DNA of 64,000 nucleotides from Tetramitus jugosus (GCA_937625935.1 OW569350.1:186001-250000); one strand, 5' to 3'; positions 43,397-54,766 are shown, counted from the stretch's first letter. A program made the numbers and translations. The notes: generated by a model from the letters alone, not told the origin.

Positions 43397-45457
43397 ATGA
43401 GCGACAATGATACTAACCCATTACCCTCTGCCATGATTAAAAGAAGTGCTGTTCTTTTTGCACCAGTCACCACCGCCGATGATCATCACAGTCATGCGTC
43501 TGCTGACGACGACAGTGACGATGATGATTTTTCACTCAGTTCCGACAGTGACAACGACAACAACAACAACAACAACAATAACAACAATGAACAAAAACTG
43601 TTGAAAATCAATGACATCAATACAAGTAACAACAACAAGAGAAATCTCGATATTCACATTAACAACATTATCAATATGAGTGCCAATTATAGTAGCAACA
43701 AGAAGGAAGAAGAACAACAGAGACTCACCATTGTTGCCTACGCAAATTCTTCTCAACAACAACAACAACAACAAGAAGCAGAAGAAGAGCAACAACATCA
43801 ACAACAACAACAACAAGCACCACCACCAACAACCACCTCCATCTTTCAAAACATCAAATCAGTGATTGAACAACGATTTGTCAAACCTTATGAACTAAAG
43901 ATGAATTACATGTGCGGCACAGAGAGAAAATCAAAGTTGAAACTCGTGGTCGAGTGGTCCGCCATCGAATCCATTGTCGAAAAAGATTTGGACACGGCTG
44001 AAAATTGTATTCAAACATTGCAAATGGCATTGTTGTGGGAGAATTTGAAGAAGGGAGTCATGAGGTTTATTGCTGAAGATGCTTGGCAACGTCAATTCTT
44101 TAATGACACTGTCACTTGTATCGTTATTGACTTTAGTTTCTCAAAGGATCAGAAAACGGATATTAATTTGATGGCTGGAATGGGTATTTTGTGTTATCAG
44201 ATCAATGTGTCCGTGAGTGGTGATGTGTTGAGACCGTTCAAGGTGTATGAGCCGTTGAAGGACCGTGCTGAACAAATCAAGAAGAATTTTGGTGAAGAGA
44301 TGGATGATGATTCAGACGATGAGGACAATAGTGATTTTACAGAGACGGACGAGGAGAATATTTTGGAAGAGTATGAAGTGGAGGAGATTGACGAAGCAGA
44401 TGAGGTGATTGATGACGAAGATTTGGTGACTGGTAAACTGATTGAAGATCTGAGAAGAGTCGCTATTCATCCATCTGTTAGCCAAAGAAACAGTCTAGAG
44501 TATTTGTTGCGAGTTCTACGATCAGACAATCCATACTGGAAACCAAATAAGCACCAAAAGATGATTATTTATCTTGTGATTGAAGAAATTCGGAAACGAA
44601 TGAAGTCTGAGAAGTCTGAAGTAGTTGTCAAATCATGGATGGTTACCAAGATGAATAAGAACGCACTGCGACAAGAAAGAGTGTTTGTATTAACAGATAG
44701 AAGATTTTATACTGCAAAGATTATCGTGGACAAGAACAAGAAGTATATAATTGACAATAAGCATATTAAGAACTGTTCACTGAATAGAGTGTTTTTGATT
44801 GATGTGGCACGATTTAAGCCAAATCCAACAGAGACAAAGTTTCAACCATTTGCTATGGCACTTTATGCTGAGAAGGGAAGTAAGAGAAAGGGTGCTGATG
44901 CCAAGTTCAATTCTCTTCCTTTATCAATCGAATCCTCACCACAGCTAAGTTCGTCTCCTAGTTCCTCAAACTTGCATATTGAGCCATCCATGGATCAATC
45001 TGAAGAGCTGGATGAGTCAGATCACGAATCAGAAGAAACCTCTTCTCTCAATTCTTCACCAAGCAGCTCTAATTTGAATGAAAAGAAGCCAAAGAAACAA
45101 AAGAAGGCTGTTAAAATATTGAACAAGGTGACCAAGCATGCCAAGAAGGGTGCTAAGAAGCTGCTCACACACACGGATAAGCCCGAAGAGTCGCAGAACG
45201 AGGATGATTTGCAACTTCGACCAAGCACAGAGGGATCATCGATCAGCTATATTATGGCTCCCAACGATATTCACCAGAGTGACAACCAACAATTATTCTT
45301 GTTGGAAATTTCTTGGTGTATTTTCGCAGCTGCCTCTGCACGTCAAGGCTCAAACGCTCGAGTGCTAAGACCATTCCAAAACTACAGGATTAACAAACCA
45401 AGAGCAAGCGCCTATTCTTCCATCTATAACAAGTTCAACTTGGGTGCGACATTATAA
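43397..45457 (+). CDS. Hypothetical protein with a possible hSac2/PH-like domain
   Basis: 686-codon ORF; WMVTKMNKN..RQERVFVLTDRRFY resembles the hSac2/TPRG1 PH-like motif. Confidence 0.6.
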   Translation: MSDNDTNPLPSAMIKRSAVLFAPVTTADDHHSHASADDDSDDDDFSLSSDSDNDNNNNNNNNNNEQKLLKINDINTSNNNKRNLDIHINNIINMSANYSSNKKEEEQQRLTIVAYANSSQQQQQQQEAEEEQQHQQQQQQAPPPTTTSIFQNIKSVIEQRFVKPYELKMNYMCGTERKSKLKLVVEWSAIESIVEKDLDTAENCIQTLQMALLWENLKKGVMRFIAEDAWQRQFFNDTVTCIVIDFSFSKDQKTDINLMAGMGILCYQINVSVSGDVLRPFKVYEPLKDRAEQIKKNFGEEMDDDSDDEDNSDFTETDEENILEEYEVEEIDEADEVIDDEDLVTGKLIEDLRRVAIHPSVSQRNSLEYLLRVLRSDNPYWKPNKHQKMIIYLVIEEIRKRMKSEKSEVVVKSWMVTKMNKNALRQERVFVLTDRRFYTAKIIVDKNKKYIIDNKHIKNCSLNRVFLIDVARFKPNPTETKFQPFAMALYAEKGSKRKGADAKFNSLPLSIESSPQLSSSPSSSNLHIEPSMDQSEELDESDHESEETSSLNSSPSSSNLNEKKPKKQKKAVKILNKVTKHAKKGAKKLLTHTDKPEESQNEDDLQLRPSTEGSSISYIMAPNDIHQSDNQQLFLLEISWCIFAAASARQGSNARVLRPFQNYRINKPRASAYSSIYNKFNLGATL

Positions 45458-45546
45458 ATTGTACATTACAGTCAGTCACTCGAGTTCTGTCTAATTTCTC
45501 CGCACCAGAACAATCTACAGCTTAAGCTATTCAACACCAAAACACA

Positions 45547-47709
45547 ATGTCTTCTCGGAAATCAATTCATTCTTTGAAGGTTGACAATGAAGACTCTCAC
45601 TCTGGCATAACCAGGAGCACAGGTAGTGGAACCCATCGCAACACTGAAGGGAAACTGAGCAACTTCCTCAAGTACTTGAACAATCTAGAACAACAGCAGT
45701 CTCCTTCGAATGTTAGTGGAGTGAGTATAATACGGATGGAAGATGACTCTCGATCAAACATGAGCTCTTCATCTCGGATTCAAGTGAGACAGAGTCCTAG
45801 GAGAGCTACAGACAATGAAGAGCCCTCTTTGGTCATTGCCCCTCGAGTCCCGTCAGTGATTCATGCCTATGATAGCCCACCATCACCAACCTCTTCTATA
45901 TCAGCAAGTTCTTCTATCTCCAATCAGCTACGGACAATGAGCAATGTCAAGAATAATAGAACAGTTAATCAGAAACGATCAGAAACGAGTCCAAATGATG
46001 ATGAATTCACCGATTCAGTTTTTGCTTCTTCGACCTCACTTGGTGGAGATGGAGGGAACGCTAGTGGAGTGACAGTCTACGAGAATATTAAGATGAGAAT
46101 GAACAAATACAAGGCACAGATCAGAGAGAAGAATCAGGAGATACATTCGTTGCGGAATAAACTCGAATCATACATCCAGAACGAGAGAGACATGACGAAA
46201 AGAATTAAGGAAGAGGGTAAAGAGACACTAGTGAATCAACAGAAACAATTCGAGAGTACAATGAACCGACAGATAAAGATGATCGAAAAACTCTTGAAAG
46301 AGAAAGAACAAATGAACGCGAAATGTACAGAGTTGGCCAAAGAGGTTAAGACAATGGATGATAAATACACGAAGAAGATTTCAGCTATTGAAGAAAAGCA
46401 TCAACAGGAGCTGAAAAGACAGAAAGAAACATGGGCAGCCGCAGAAAAACTCAAACGTCAAAACTGGATGAAAGAGAAGAGACAAGAGATTAAAGATAAT
46501 ACAGTGAAGGACTTAGAACCTGAGATACAAAGGCTTCTCATCAACCACAAACAGGAGAAAGTTAAATTAGAAGATTATTATCAGGATTTGTTGCGTAAGC
46601 AAAGACAAGAATCATTACTCCAACAAGAGAAGGAGATACAAAATCTAAAAGAAAAACTAGTGAAGGACACTGAGATTGCTGTGGAAAGAGCGAGAGGCGA
46701 CGAGAGACTTGAAGTGAGAGAACTGAAACAACGTTCAGAAAGAGATAGAGACGAGTTAAAGAACAGGTTTGATCGAGAGATCAAACTTGAGAGAGACAGA
46801 ACAGAGAAACTGCTCATGGAAGAGAGAGTACTGTATCAAGACAACTTGCAGAAAATGAAACAGAACGAACAAGAGTTAATACGGAAGCACAAAGAAGAAT
46901 TAGATCAGCAAATCGAATTGCTAAATCGAAAGCATAAAGAGCAGAATGAGAATGGAAAAATTAAATGGGAACTCGAAAAGGAACAGTGGCAAAATCATTA
47001 CATGAAGAAGATGGAGGAGGAATACAAACAAAAGCAAAAGATCCATGTCGAGAAAGTTTCGAGGCAACTAGACGAACAAGTAGAGATGATCGTAGCAAAA
47101 ATGCAGGGAGATTTCTTCGAAAGTAAGAAGAAGATGCAGGATGAGAATGAGAAGCAACTATCGCAGCTCAAGGCAGCTCATTCTGCGGAAATGAACGAGC
47201 TACAATCATCTATGTCGCATTGGAAAGAGAAGTATATGGCGATATCGAAGAGTAATAATGCCCTTGAGCTAGACACAAAGGAAAAAGCCCTAGTTATTGA
47301 CCGTCTGAACACAGAGATACTCGAAAAGCAAGAAAATGTAAAGCTCCTGAAGAATCGCATCAAAGAAGATCAAGAGAAGTACGATAAAGCAATTTCAAAA
47401 TTAATGAATGAGCATAGAGCTGAATTGGAGACATTGTGTGAGGAGAAACAAGTCCTGAGTGGTCATGAATTAGAAATGCAAGCTCAAATCGAAGAACTGA
47501 GGAAGGAACATGCATCAGAGATCGAGAGAATAGAACAAAGAAGCGAAGAAGAGCTGGAGCAAGTCATGGAGGCATCGAAGAACGTATTGGAGAAGAAGGA
47601 TCAGAAAATACAGGAGTTGACCGAACGGCTCGCGATTACTCAAGACATACTCAAACAGCAACAATTGGATGCAAACAAACTAGAGAATTTACTGATCGAT
47701 GAGACTTGA
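45547..47709 (+). CDS. CEP131: Centrosomal protein CEP131/AZI1
   Basis: Coiled coil containing the signature KETWAAAEK.KR..W..EK..EIK..TVK.LEPEIQ.L. Confidence 0.85.
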   Translation: MSSRKSIHSLKVDNEDSHSGITRSTGSGTHRNTEGKLSNFLKYLNNLEQQQSPSNVSGVSIIRMEDDSRSNMSSSSRIQVRQSPRRATDNEEPSLVIAPRVPSVIHAYDSPPSPTSSISASSSISNQLRTMSNVKNNRTVNQKRSETSPNDDEFTDSVFASSTSLGGDGGNASGVTVYENIKMRMNKYKAQIREKNQEIHSLRNKLESYIQNERDMTKRIKEEGKETLVNQQKQFESTMNRQIKMIEKLLKEKEQMNAKCTELAKEVKTMDDKYTKKISAIEEKHQQELKRQKETWAAAEKLKRQNWMKEKRQEIKDNTVKDLEPEIQRLLINHKQEKVKLEDYYQDLLRKQRQESLLQQEKEIQNLKEKLVKDTEIAVERARGDERLEVRELKQRSERDRDELKNRFDREIKLERDRTEKLLMEERVLYQDNLQKMKQNEQELIRKHKEELDQQIELLNRKHKEQNENGKIKWELEKEQWQNHYMKKMEEEYKQKQKIHVEKVSRQLDEQVEMIVAKMQGDFFESKKKMQDENEKQLSQLKAAHSAEMNELQSSMSHWKEKYMAISKSNNALELDTKEKALVIDRLNTEILEKQENVKLLKNRIKEDQEKYDKAISKLMNEHRAELETLCEEKQVLSGHELEMQAQIEELRKEHASEIERIEQRSEEELEQVMEASKNVLEKKDQKIQELTERLAITQDILKQQQLDANKLENLLIDET

Positions 47710-47920
47710 TAGCCACAAGCAATCATGGCGTTCATAAATACAAATTGTTCCAAGCCACGGAAATGAGCACACAACCACATTGGAGGTAGGTCAATCGTGA
47801 TGGCTAACACTGATATTCTGCAATGAGAAAGGATACAATCCAATCTCACATAAATAAACTACCGAGATGCAGAAGTGTTGGAGTAGTAGGTCCTACACAC
47901 ATGCAGAGATAATGCACTCA

Positions 47921-48628
47921 CTACACATATCGTTTTGAAACATGTTCCACTAATCCTTTCTGCATCAGCATTTCAGCATCCACACGTCTCAAGAAGAGTC
48001 TCTGATGTTTCTGAAGCTTAACAACACCGGATTCCATGGTCATTACACCCTCAGAGTTCTCCTCATCGTCCTTGATCACTTTCACCTCAACAAACACATC
48101 CTTTGGTGGAGTGACATCCGAAAATAAATCCAATCCAATATCATCCGTATACTCTCTCAACAGTTCATCATACGCATCCAGATACTGCCTCTCATTATCA
48201 CTCATATTCTTCTGAATAAAGTTTGGAATGTTTTGAACGGCTCCAGCACCCCATCTAAGCTTTCTCAATCGTTTCATTCGCTCATAGTGATACGCCAAGA
48301 CACATCTCTTGTTTCTCAGGAGACTCTGATGCTGAAAAACGATACCACAGCCGATACCAAGTGACGTTTCTTCTTCTGCTGCTTCTGCTGCAGTGTTCTC
48401 TTCTTCCTCTCCTTCTCCATCTTGTTCTTCTTGTCGTTGTCTGCGCAACTCTGCTTCTTCCTCCTGTCTCTGTTGATATAGAATGGTTCTCTTCAATCCA
48501 TTCTCCAAATCTCTCATTTCCTTTTCAATCTTTGAAAGAGTATCGGCATTGTACTTTGGCACGGAACGGTCCAACTGGAGCTCCCTTAGCAATTGAATTC
48601 CATGGGCAGCTGGTTGCGTTTTGATCAT
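47921..48628 (-). CDS. GINS1: DNA replication complex GINS subunit Psf1
   Basis: LLRNKRCVLAYHYER...LRW, PPKD.FVEVKV, LFLRR.DAE.L...G.VEH. Confidence 0.92.
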   Translation of the reverse strand: MIKTQPAAHGIQLLRELQLDRSVPKYNADTLSKIEKEMRDLENGLKRTILYQQRQEEEAELRRQRQEEQDGEGEEEENTAAEAAEEETSLGIGCGIVFQHQSLLRNKRCVLAYHYERMKRLRKLRWGAGAVQNIPNFIQKNMSDNERQYLDAYDELLREYTDDIGLDLFSDVTPPKDVFVEVKVIKDDEENSEGVMTMESGVVKLQKHQRLFLRRVDAEMLMQKGLVEHVSKRYV

Positions 48629-48720
48629 GTGGTATTTGCAGAAGTTTTCTCTAGTGAGTTTTGTTTTTGGTTTGTTGTTGCTTTTTGGCCGTTGCGACGA
48701 ATATTTGCCGCGCAATTTCT

Positions 48721-49047
48721 TTATTTTGGCGCCAAAGTTTCAGTTGAAAAGCGGGAGAGAGCTTGTTCGAGATGGTTGTGGAATTGTTGAGCATATTGTG
48801 GGCTCAATTTCATCAATAGGTTGTGCAATGTGTCAAATTGCTCGCTTTTCTCACCACCAATCACCACAAATCCCTGGTTCATTGTGTGATGGATCGTAAG
48901 CTGCTTGTCCTCCAGTGTCGCTACATTGAGAACTGTGATTGTTTGGTCGTGCTCTGCCTGTGAGGAATGAATTGTTTTGACCCTGTGTTGCACATCCTTC
49001 ACGGATTGGACAATTTCATGAGTTATGTGAATGTTGTTCATGCTCAT
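48721..49047 (-). CDS. GSKIP: GSKIP domain protein (DUF727)
   Basis: LNV.TLED....I......GF.V...FDT...LL..LSP.Y...F...L...L. Confidence 0.8.
   Translation of the reverse strand: MSMNNIHITHEIVQSVKDVQHRVKTIHSSQAEHDQTITVLNVATLEDKQLTIHHTMNQGFVVIGGEKSEQFDTLHNLLMKLSPQYAQQFHNHLEQALSRFSTETLAPK
48724..48736. promoter_or_regulatory. E2F-like palindromic site TTTTGGCGCCAAA ~100 bp upstream of GINS1 (identical copy at 43085-43097)
   Basis: Matches the TTTSSCGC E2F consensus on both strands and lies upstream of a replication gene. Confidence 0.5.
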
Positions 49048-49155
49048 TTTTTCTTGTTTTCTCTCTTGGATTTCCTTTTTGGACTTATCCAGCTTAGTCA
49101 TAAGGTGTTATCTTAAGTAAAATCTGGGCATGTATCAAGCTCCTAATATAAGGCT

Positions 49156-51027
49156 TCAAGTCTGATTCGCTCTCAATAGTACTTGAATGGTATTCAGTCT
49201 GTTGTTGGGAATAAGTTTGACGAGTATTGGTTTGGGTTCCAGCTTTTCTCTCGCTATTCTCTCTGCTTGCTCCTTGTAGATGGTGTTAACTTCGTTCAGA
49301 CGGGCATTGATTTCGTATATACCAGCCAACAGAGTCTGTAAATCTGGCATCGATGCCACAAATCTCTCATTGTCCATCTCTGTGACCAATGGCTTATCTA
49401 GTACTTGGCTGGCGTTTTTGGAAATGTTGCTCACTGCCGCAAATGTATCGCTCATGTTTGTCCAAATCAACTTAAGCATCCGCTGAGTGTGCACATCTTC
49501 CAACCCCGGTTTTTTCATGTTTGTTGTCATGAGAAAATTTGAAGGAGAGACCCTGTTGTAAGAACGTCCATCGTATTCGTCTTGATCTCCCAGAGCATCT
49601 TCTATTTCGTCATATCTAGATGAATGGCCTATGGATGTCGACATTGCATTCAACCTCACAAATTTTCGAGCCTTCTTCGATTTCTTTCCTCGTACGGATT
49701 CATGAGATTGGTCCATATCACTAATCATACTAGCCAATGACAGATCTTGCTTTTCTGATTTACTGTTCGTTTCTTTCAGAAATGTCTCCCATGTTTTCTT
49801 GTTCTTCAATATTTTAATAACCAAGTCATACTTTGGAGTATTCACAACCTTTTGTCTGAACTCTTCCTTCTCCTTGAACAATAATCCATTTTCTCGCATC
49901 AAATCTTCCATCTCTTGTCTCGTCTTTTCTTTCTCTATGGCCAAATCCTTCATCAATGCTTCATATTCGTTGATTATCTTTTGAAAATCCTCGCACTTCT
50001 CTCTTTCACTTCGAATCACTGAAAGACATGCTTCGAAAAAGTCACAGAAGTACTTGTATAACTTTTGAAGCAGTACACCACGTTCAACACAAGTGACAAA
50101 AGCTTGTCTTGATATCTCAAATAACGCCGTCACATGAATTTTAAAGGATTTTGTTAGTCTGATTAAAGTTATATCTTTGAAGGAATCCTCATCTTTGATA
50201 TCATTTTGTTCTGCATTCATTTGAGCAATCATCTTGTCCATCGTCTTCGCTAATAGGTACACTTCGGATCGTGTGGCAGGTGAGTACGATGGAAACATTA
50301 GTTTCCTCCATTCATTTGTTTTGGAATCAAATACTGGCGATCCATCATTGTCCTCATTCGACCCACTGTGAGCCATTATGGGAGAGTTTGAATACACGAA
50401 ATATTCTTCAGGAATCATAGTCTTCGGTATGCTTCGAGCATGAGTGTTCGGATTGTGTGTGTACTTGGTCACTGAGTCTTGCAAGTATGCAAGATATGAA
50501 CCTTCGGTCGAATCAAAAGCATCTGTCAGGGCTCTCTTGAGAACAATATCATTAACACCATTTGGTTTTACTATCTCCTTGTAGTTACTATTTCCAATTT
50601 TGCTCGTTTCAAGTATGTGATTCTTTTGGTCCCTCCGCGAGTTAAGATCTCTCCGATTCGGAAATGAGCCATGTCGCCCGAAGGATGAAGATGGAGGAGA
50701 GCTTGAAGGCCCTTCTTGTTTTTGTAGCTTTAAATTCTGTTGTATTTGATTGGTGTACACCTGATATGCATGTTGTCGGTTCGCTTGTTGGAAGGAACCG
50801 ATACCTGTGTTCGCGGGAGAAGATCGATTGGTTTGAGCTTTTAACTTGGATGGAGTAATACTTCTCGATGTGTTGGAGAGAGTAGGAAGCTTCCTCTCAT
50901 TACTTGCATGATTGTGATCTGTGCTGGTAAATAGTCTCATTATCGCTTCCAATTTTGTGTCTCTGAACAAACTCTGTCGTAAATGAGATGCAAGTCCAAT
51001 CGGAAAAAACTTCCAAGAGAGTTGCAT
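49156..51027 (-). CDS. Axonemal dynein light chain domain protein (AXDND1-like); start may be 50940
   Basis: PATRSEV..L...MD.M and FEISRQ..V.C.ERG.LL motifs, followed by a coiled coil. Confidence 0.75.
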   Translation of the reverse strand: MQLSWKFFPIGLASHLRQSLFRDTKLEAIMRLFTSTDHNHASNERKLPTLSNTSRSITPSKLKAQTNRSSPANTGIGSFQQANRQHAYQVYTNQIQQNLKLQKQEGPSSSPPSSSFGRHGSFPNRRDLNSRRDQKNHILETSKIGNSNYKEIVKPNGVNDIVLKRALTDAFDSTEGSYLAYLQDSVTKYTHNPNTHARSIPKTMIPEEYFVYSNSPIMAHSGSNEDNDGSPVFDSKTNEWRKLMFPSYSPATRSEVYLLAKTMDKMIAQMNAEQNDIKDEDSFKDITLIRLTKSFKIHVTALFEISRQAFVTCVERGVLLQKLYKYFCDFFEACLSVIRSEREKCEDFQKIINEYEALMKDLAIEKEKTRQEMEDLMRENGLLFKEKEEFRQKVVNTPKYDLVIKILKNKKTWETFLKETNSKSEKQDLSLASMISDMDQSHESVRGKKSKKARKFVRLNAMSTSIGHSSRYDEIEDALGDQDEYDGRSYNRVSPSNFLMTTNMKKPGLEDVHTQRMLKLIWTNMSDTFAAVSNISKNASQVLDKPLVTEMDNERFVASMPDLQTLLAGIYEINARLNEVNTIYKEQAERIAREKLEPKPILVKLIPNNRLNTIQVLLRANQT

Positions 51028-51188
51028 TTACATTGGTGTCTGAACCGTTTTGTGAACCGTTTTGTTTGCACATTGACAACTAGAAACCAAAAGAGGTTAT
51101 CTATGAAGTATCAAACATGAAAAATGTGAAGATAAACAAGAGTAAGAGTTAATCGAACCAATTTGCAACCTGCGGGCCGCCGTTACCT

Positions 51189-52385
51189 TCACAAACGACT
51201 CTGGATACCTAATGAACTCTTCTTCCAGTTCAATACCACTTGTTCGATTCCTTCTTCTAGGGGTATGCTAGGCTCATAATTCAATAGCTCTTTCGCATCA
51301 GAAATGTCAAATATTAGACTCTTGCCCAAAATACACGCGTTATATCTTGTGAGTGGTGGATCAGAGGAGTACCATCCAAACAATGAGTACACCATCTCGA
51401 AAAAGCTACCTGCATAGTACGCAAGAGAGAATGGCAATTTTCGAGGAGTGAATACTTCGTCTTTGTTGCCTTCTTCAATCTCTCTCGCATCATCCTTGTT
51501 GATCACTAGTCGCGTGTGAAGCATGAGGCGAGCAATCAGCTTCAAAACATCGTACAGATCCCTCTTCTCCCCACCTGTGATATTGAAGCAACGACCTATT
51601 GCTTCGTGTCGGTTTGTCTTCATCGCACACACAATAGCACTCGCTGCATCTTCCACATGTGTCAACTCAGTCCACACCGGTTCATCTCCATCCTTCAAAT
51701 TTACAAACTTTCGACTGGCCAAACGTTGTAGCAATATGGGGAGGAGAGTCGTATCGCCTGGACCATAGAGTGCACGTGGTCTGATGACAATCAGCGGCAA
51801 GTTATGTTCCTTTGAATACTGAAGACTTAACTCTTCAGCCTCAAACTTGGTTTTCGAATACTCATTCAGAAAAGTTCCACTTTCTCCACCTGGTTTCGTG
51901 TCGCGTGTCACAACACCATCACTCTTGTCATCAAAGCACACCGAAGCAAAAATGGAAGGACTACCCACAAATATAAATCGATGCAAATCATGCTTCGTAT
52001 GGTGACTCCTGCTCGCACCGACAACAGCGTCCAACAAATGCTTGGTGGCCAACACATTGGCATTCCAATAATCACTTGGATTGCCCCATGGTGCACACAG
52101 AGCAGCACAATGAATCACAAAATGAAAGTGAACGTTGTTGCACAACTCTTGCAGTTCCTTAAACCCTTGTGCCGATGACAGATCCAGCTCCACAAATTTG
52201 CAGCGTTGCCCAGAATACTCTGATTCTAGTTCCTTGCCAATGAGTGCTCTTCGACCAATGGCATACACCTCAAAATGACTATGCTGTTGGTCAGGGGACG
52301 ATGATGGCACAGACAATAGTTTTCTTATGAGAGCTTGACCCAAGAATCCAGTTGCACCAGTCAGTAGAACCCTTTGAATCGGCAT
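51189..52385 (-). CDS. Extended SDR, 3-beta-hydroxysteroid dehydrogenase/epimerase family
   Basis: VLLTGATGFLG, VIHCAA, YSKTK (YxxxK), IRPRALYGPGD, HVEDAA. Confidence 0.9.
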   Translation of the reverse strand: MPIQRVLLTGATGFLGQALIRKLLSVPSSSPDQQHSHFEVYAIGRRALIGKELESEYSGQRCKFVELDLSSAQGFKELQELCNNVHFHFVIHCAALCAPWGNPSDYWNANVLATKHLLDAVVGASRSHHTKHDLHRFIFVGSPSIFASVCFDDKSDGVVTRDTKPGGESGTFLNEYSKTKFEAEELSLQYSKEHNLPLIVIRPRALYGPGDTTLLPILLQRLASRKFVNLKDGDEPVWTELTHVEDAASAIVCAMKTNRHEAIGRCFNITGGEKRDLYDVLKLIARLMLHTRLVINKDDAREIEEGNKDEVFTPRKLPFSLAYYAGSFFEMVYSLFGWYSSDPPLTRYNACILGKSLIFDISDAKELLNYEPSIPLEEGIEQVVLNWKKSSLGIQSRL

Positions 52386-52604
52386 CGAACCTTTTTCCTC
52401 AATCACGTGTTGCTGTTGATGATGCTTGTTTCTTTGTTTTGTGCTAGGGCAATTTTTCTGAACGTCACATGCATAGAAATGAAGCACGCTTTGATCTTGT
52501 TGTTGAGCTATTACCCGTTGAAGACAAGAGAGGATTGGTCTCTCATCTTGTTGTTGATAAGAACTTGATGAAGTTGCGTGAGGTTCTCTCCCATCAACAA
52601 CAAT

Positions 52605-52970
52605 ATGAGAAGAGAAAACAACCAACAACAAAACAACAATGATCATCATCTGGTTCAGAAAACAACACAAATAGATGACATTATTCAGAACAACCGTCAT
52701 GGCCGCCAACAACATCAGTTGATTGACAACAATGAACAACAACAGCATCAAGAAGATAACGGCAAGCTACCTCAAGAAACTGATGTTGACAATGCGAGTC
52801 AACAACGAAAAGAACGGAAATTGGGGCTGACAACAGCAAAGAATAAAAGCAAGAGTTGGATTGATGCTTGGTCCGTTAAGCTACTGATCATTTTTATCAC
52901 GAGTGCATTGACTGTGATACTGGTGCGATATCTGCAAGAAGACTCGATTGATGTTGCCTTACCTGTTTAG
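52605..52970 (+). CDS. Small Q/N-rich protein with a C-terminal TM segment
   Basis: ORF with hydrophobic LLIIFITSALTVILV near the C-terminus. Confidence 0.5.
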   Translation: MRRENNQQQNNNDHHLVQKTTQIDDIIQNNRHGRQQHQLIDNNEQQQHQEDNGKLPQETDVDNASQQRKERKLGLTTAKNKSKSWIDAWSVKLLIIFITSALTVILVRYLQEDSIDVALPV

Positions 52971-53149
52971 TCTTTTTATCCTTTCTAGAAGTCTCTCAAG
53001 ATGTATCATACCATGCGAAAGCTTTCTGCAGCTGATCAGCTGAATAAATTATTATGCGCTTCTGAACTTCTCCCTTTTGAGCTTAAAAAACAAACAACAA
53101 AGCATTTGTTTGACAATCAAATTGCAATCATTCATTGTTCGTGTGAAAA

Positions 53150-54304
53150 ATGAAGGCAATCACAAAGTGGCCACAGAGCTCTGTCAAGCGTATCGTGTTG
53201 ACCTTCTCTGGTCAAAACAGTCAATTCAAGGGCATGTTTCAACCATTTCAAGATCATCCATTCTTTGACCGTTTTCTGAATAATGGCAATGCACAACAAG
53301 TGCAATCCATATTGTTTCCCTCGATGAACAAGGACTATTATTCTACTTGTACGTCCTATGCTCAGCCTGCGATTCTGCTGCACAGTGTCATGCTACTGTC
53401 TTATTTGAACCATAGATTGACTGAGGCAGCAACAAGCAATAAGAGGCTTCTCTTTGCGTCCAAGGATCAAGAAACACCTCATTTGTTGAGCATGGGTCAC
53501 TCCCTTGGTGAATATTCTGCCCTTTGTGCGAGCAATTGCGATACAGAGTCGTTGTTGGTTAAACATGTTGACAAAGCGATGGAATTGGTGCATCAGAGAG
53601 GTCTATTCATTCGCCAAGTCATAGAAGAACAAGAGACATTAGTACCTGAGAAACAGTTTGGCATGTCTGCTCTATTGTTCACAATTGATCTCACGGAAGA
53701 TCAAATGATATACATTATGGATTTTGTGCGTATGGAGAGTACCAAGCATTCATTGGTTTGTGATGTGGCCAACATCAATTCCAATCGACAACTTGTGTTG
53801 AGTGGATGGAAGCAAGATGTGTCACATATCGCTAATCTTCTGTCTACTGAACTCAACGCCACTTACAGCATCAAAACGAGAGTATTTCCACTACAAAATG
53901 TTGCAGCACCATTCCACTGTCGTCTATTGACTCCAGTAGCAGACAAACTCGGAGATCTATTGAATCGAACTTATGCTGAAGAGATGGAACAAAACAAGCA
54001 ACTTCACATACCAATTGTCAGTAACACAAGTGCGTCAGTCATGACCCATGTTGCTGATTTAGTTCATACACTTCCAGAGCAAGTTTACAAGCCTGTTCTT
54101 TGGCGTCAATCCCTCTTAACAGCTTATAACTACATGAACACTAAGAAGCAAAGTCTCGAAGATGAAGAGGATCCAATACTCTTTATTGAGATTAGTCCAA
54201 AGCCCACACTGACACCATTTACAAGTTCTGTTTTGGGTAATCACAGTGGTATTCGGACATTATGTCTAACGCAACCCAACGATGTGGATCACTTGTTCGA
54301 TTAG
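53150..54304 (+). CDS. MCAT: Malonyl-CoA:ACP transacylase (FabD/MCAT)
   Basis: FSGQ.SQ..GM, AQPAI, GHSLGEY, RG, ANINS..Q.V.SG, APFH, PV.W. Confidence 0.9.
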   Translation: MKAITKWPQSSVKRIVLTFSGQNSQFKGMFQPFQDHPFFDRFLNNGNAQQVQSILFPSMNKDYYSTCTSYAQPAILLHSVMLLSYLNHRLTEAATSNKRLLFASKDQETPHLLSMGHSLGEYSALCASNCDTESLLVKHVDKAMELVHQRGLFIRQVIEEQETLVPEKQFGMSALLFTIDLTEDQMIYIMDFVRMESTKHSLVCDVANINSNRQLVLSGWKQDVSHIANLLSTELNATYSIKTRVFPLQNVAAPFHCRLLTPVADKLGDLLNRTYAEEMEQNKQLHIPIVSNTSASVMTHVADLVHTLPEQVYKPVLWRQSLLTAYNYMNTKKQSLEDEEDPILFIEISPKPTLTPFTSSVLGNHSGIRTLCLTQPNDVDHLFD

Positions 54305-54766
54305 CCAACCCATGAATCAAAATCTCCGACACTTCATTCCTGAATTCCAACATGAAGTTTCAAAGAAACCACATCACCAGATCAATCTCTTTCAGATTTC
54401 TTTCACCTTTTAAGCAAGTAGAAGTTGTGGTACCAATCGGTTCTGAGCACCAATCCAACTCAGATAACACACCAGTTTGAAGACCTCATAGTGCACGGTG
54501 GCAAAGCCACTGGTGGATCAGAGCTCTATTCCGAGTTTCTGATCCATTTTCTTACCAATAAAACAGAAGCAATTCAATAAGACATGTGGTGTCATTGCCT
54601 TCCAATGTGCCTCTTCTGATTCATGTTGCCACAACAACATCCGCTCTCACGTTTGCGACGCGGATCTATACAATCCATCGTGCAATTGTCTGATGACTTT
54701 TAGTAATTGAAGTCAACTCAGATCCACAAAGAAATGTTGTTCAAACAGAAGCAATTCAATTCAATG

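Noticed and set aside
34378-46817. Numerous antisense ORFs rich in L/F/V/S/C
   Set aside because: These are shadow frames of CAA/GAA/GAT-rich low-complexity coding sequence on the opposite strand.
51189-54304. Lipid biosynthetic gene cluster (SDR plus MCAT)
   Set aside because: Only two loosely related genes, with no KS/ACP partner; adjacency is plausible by chance.
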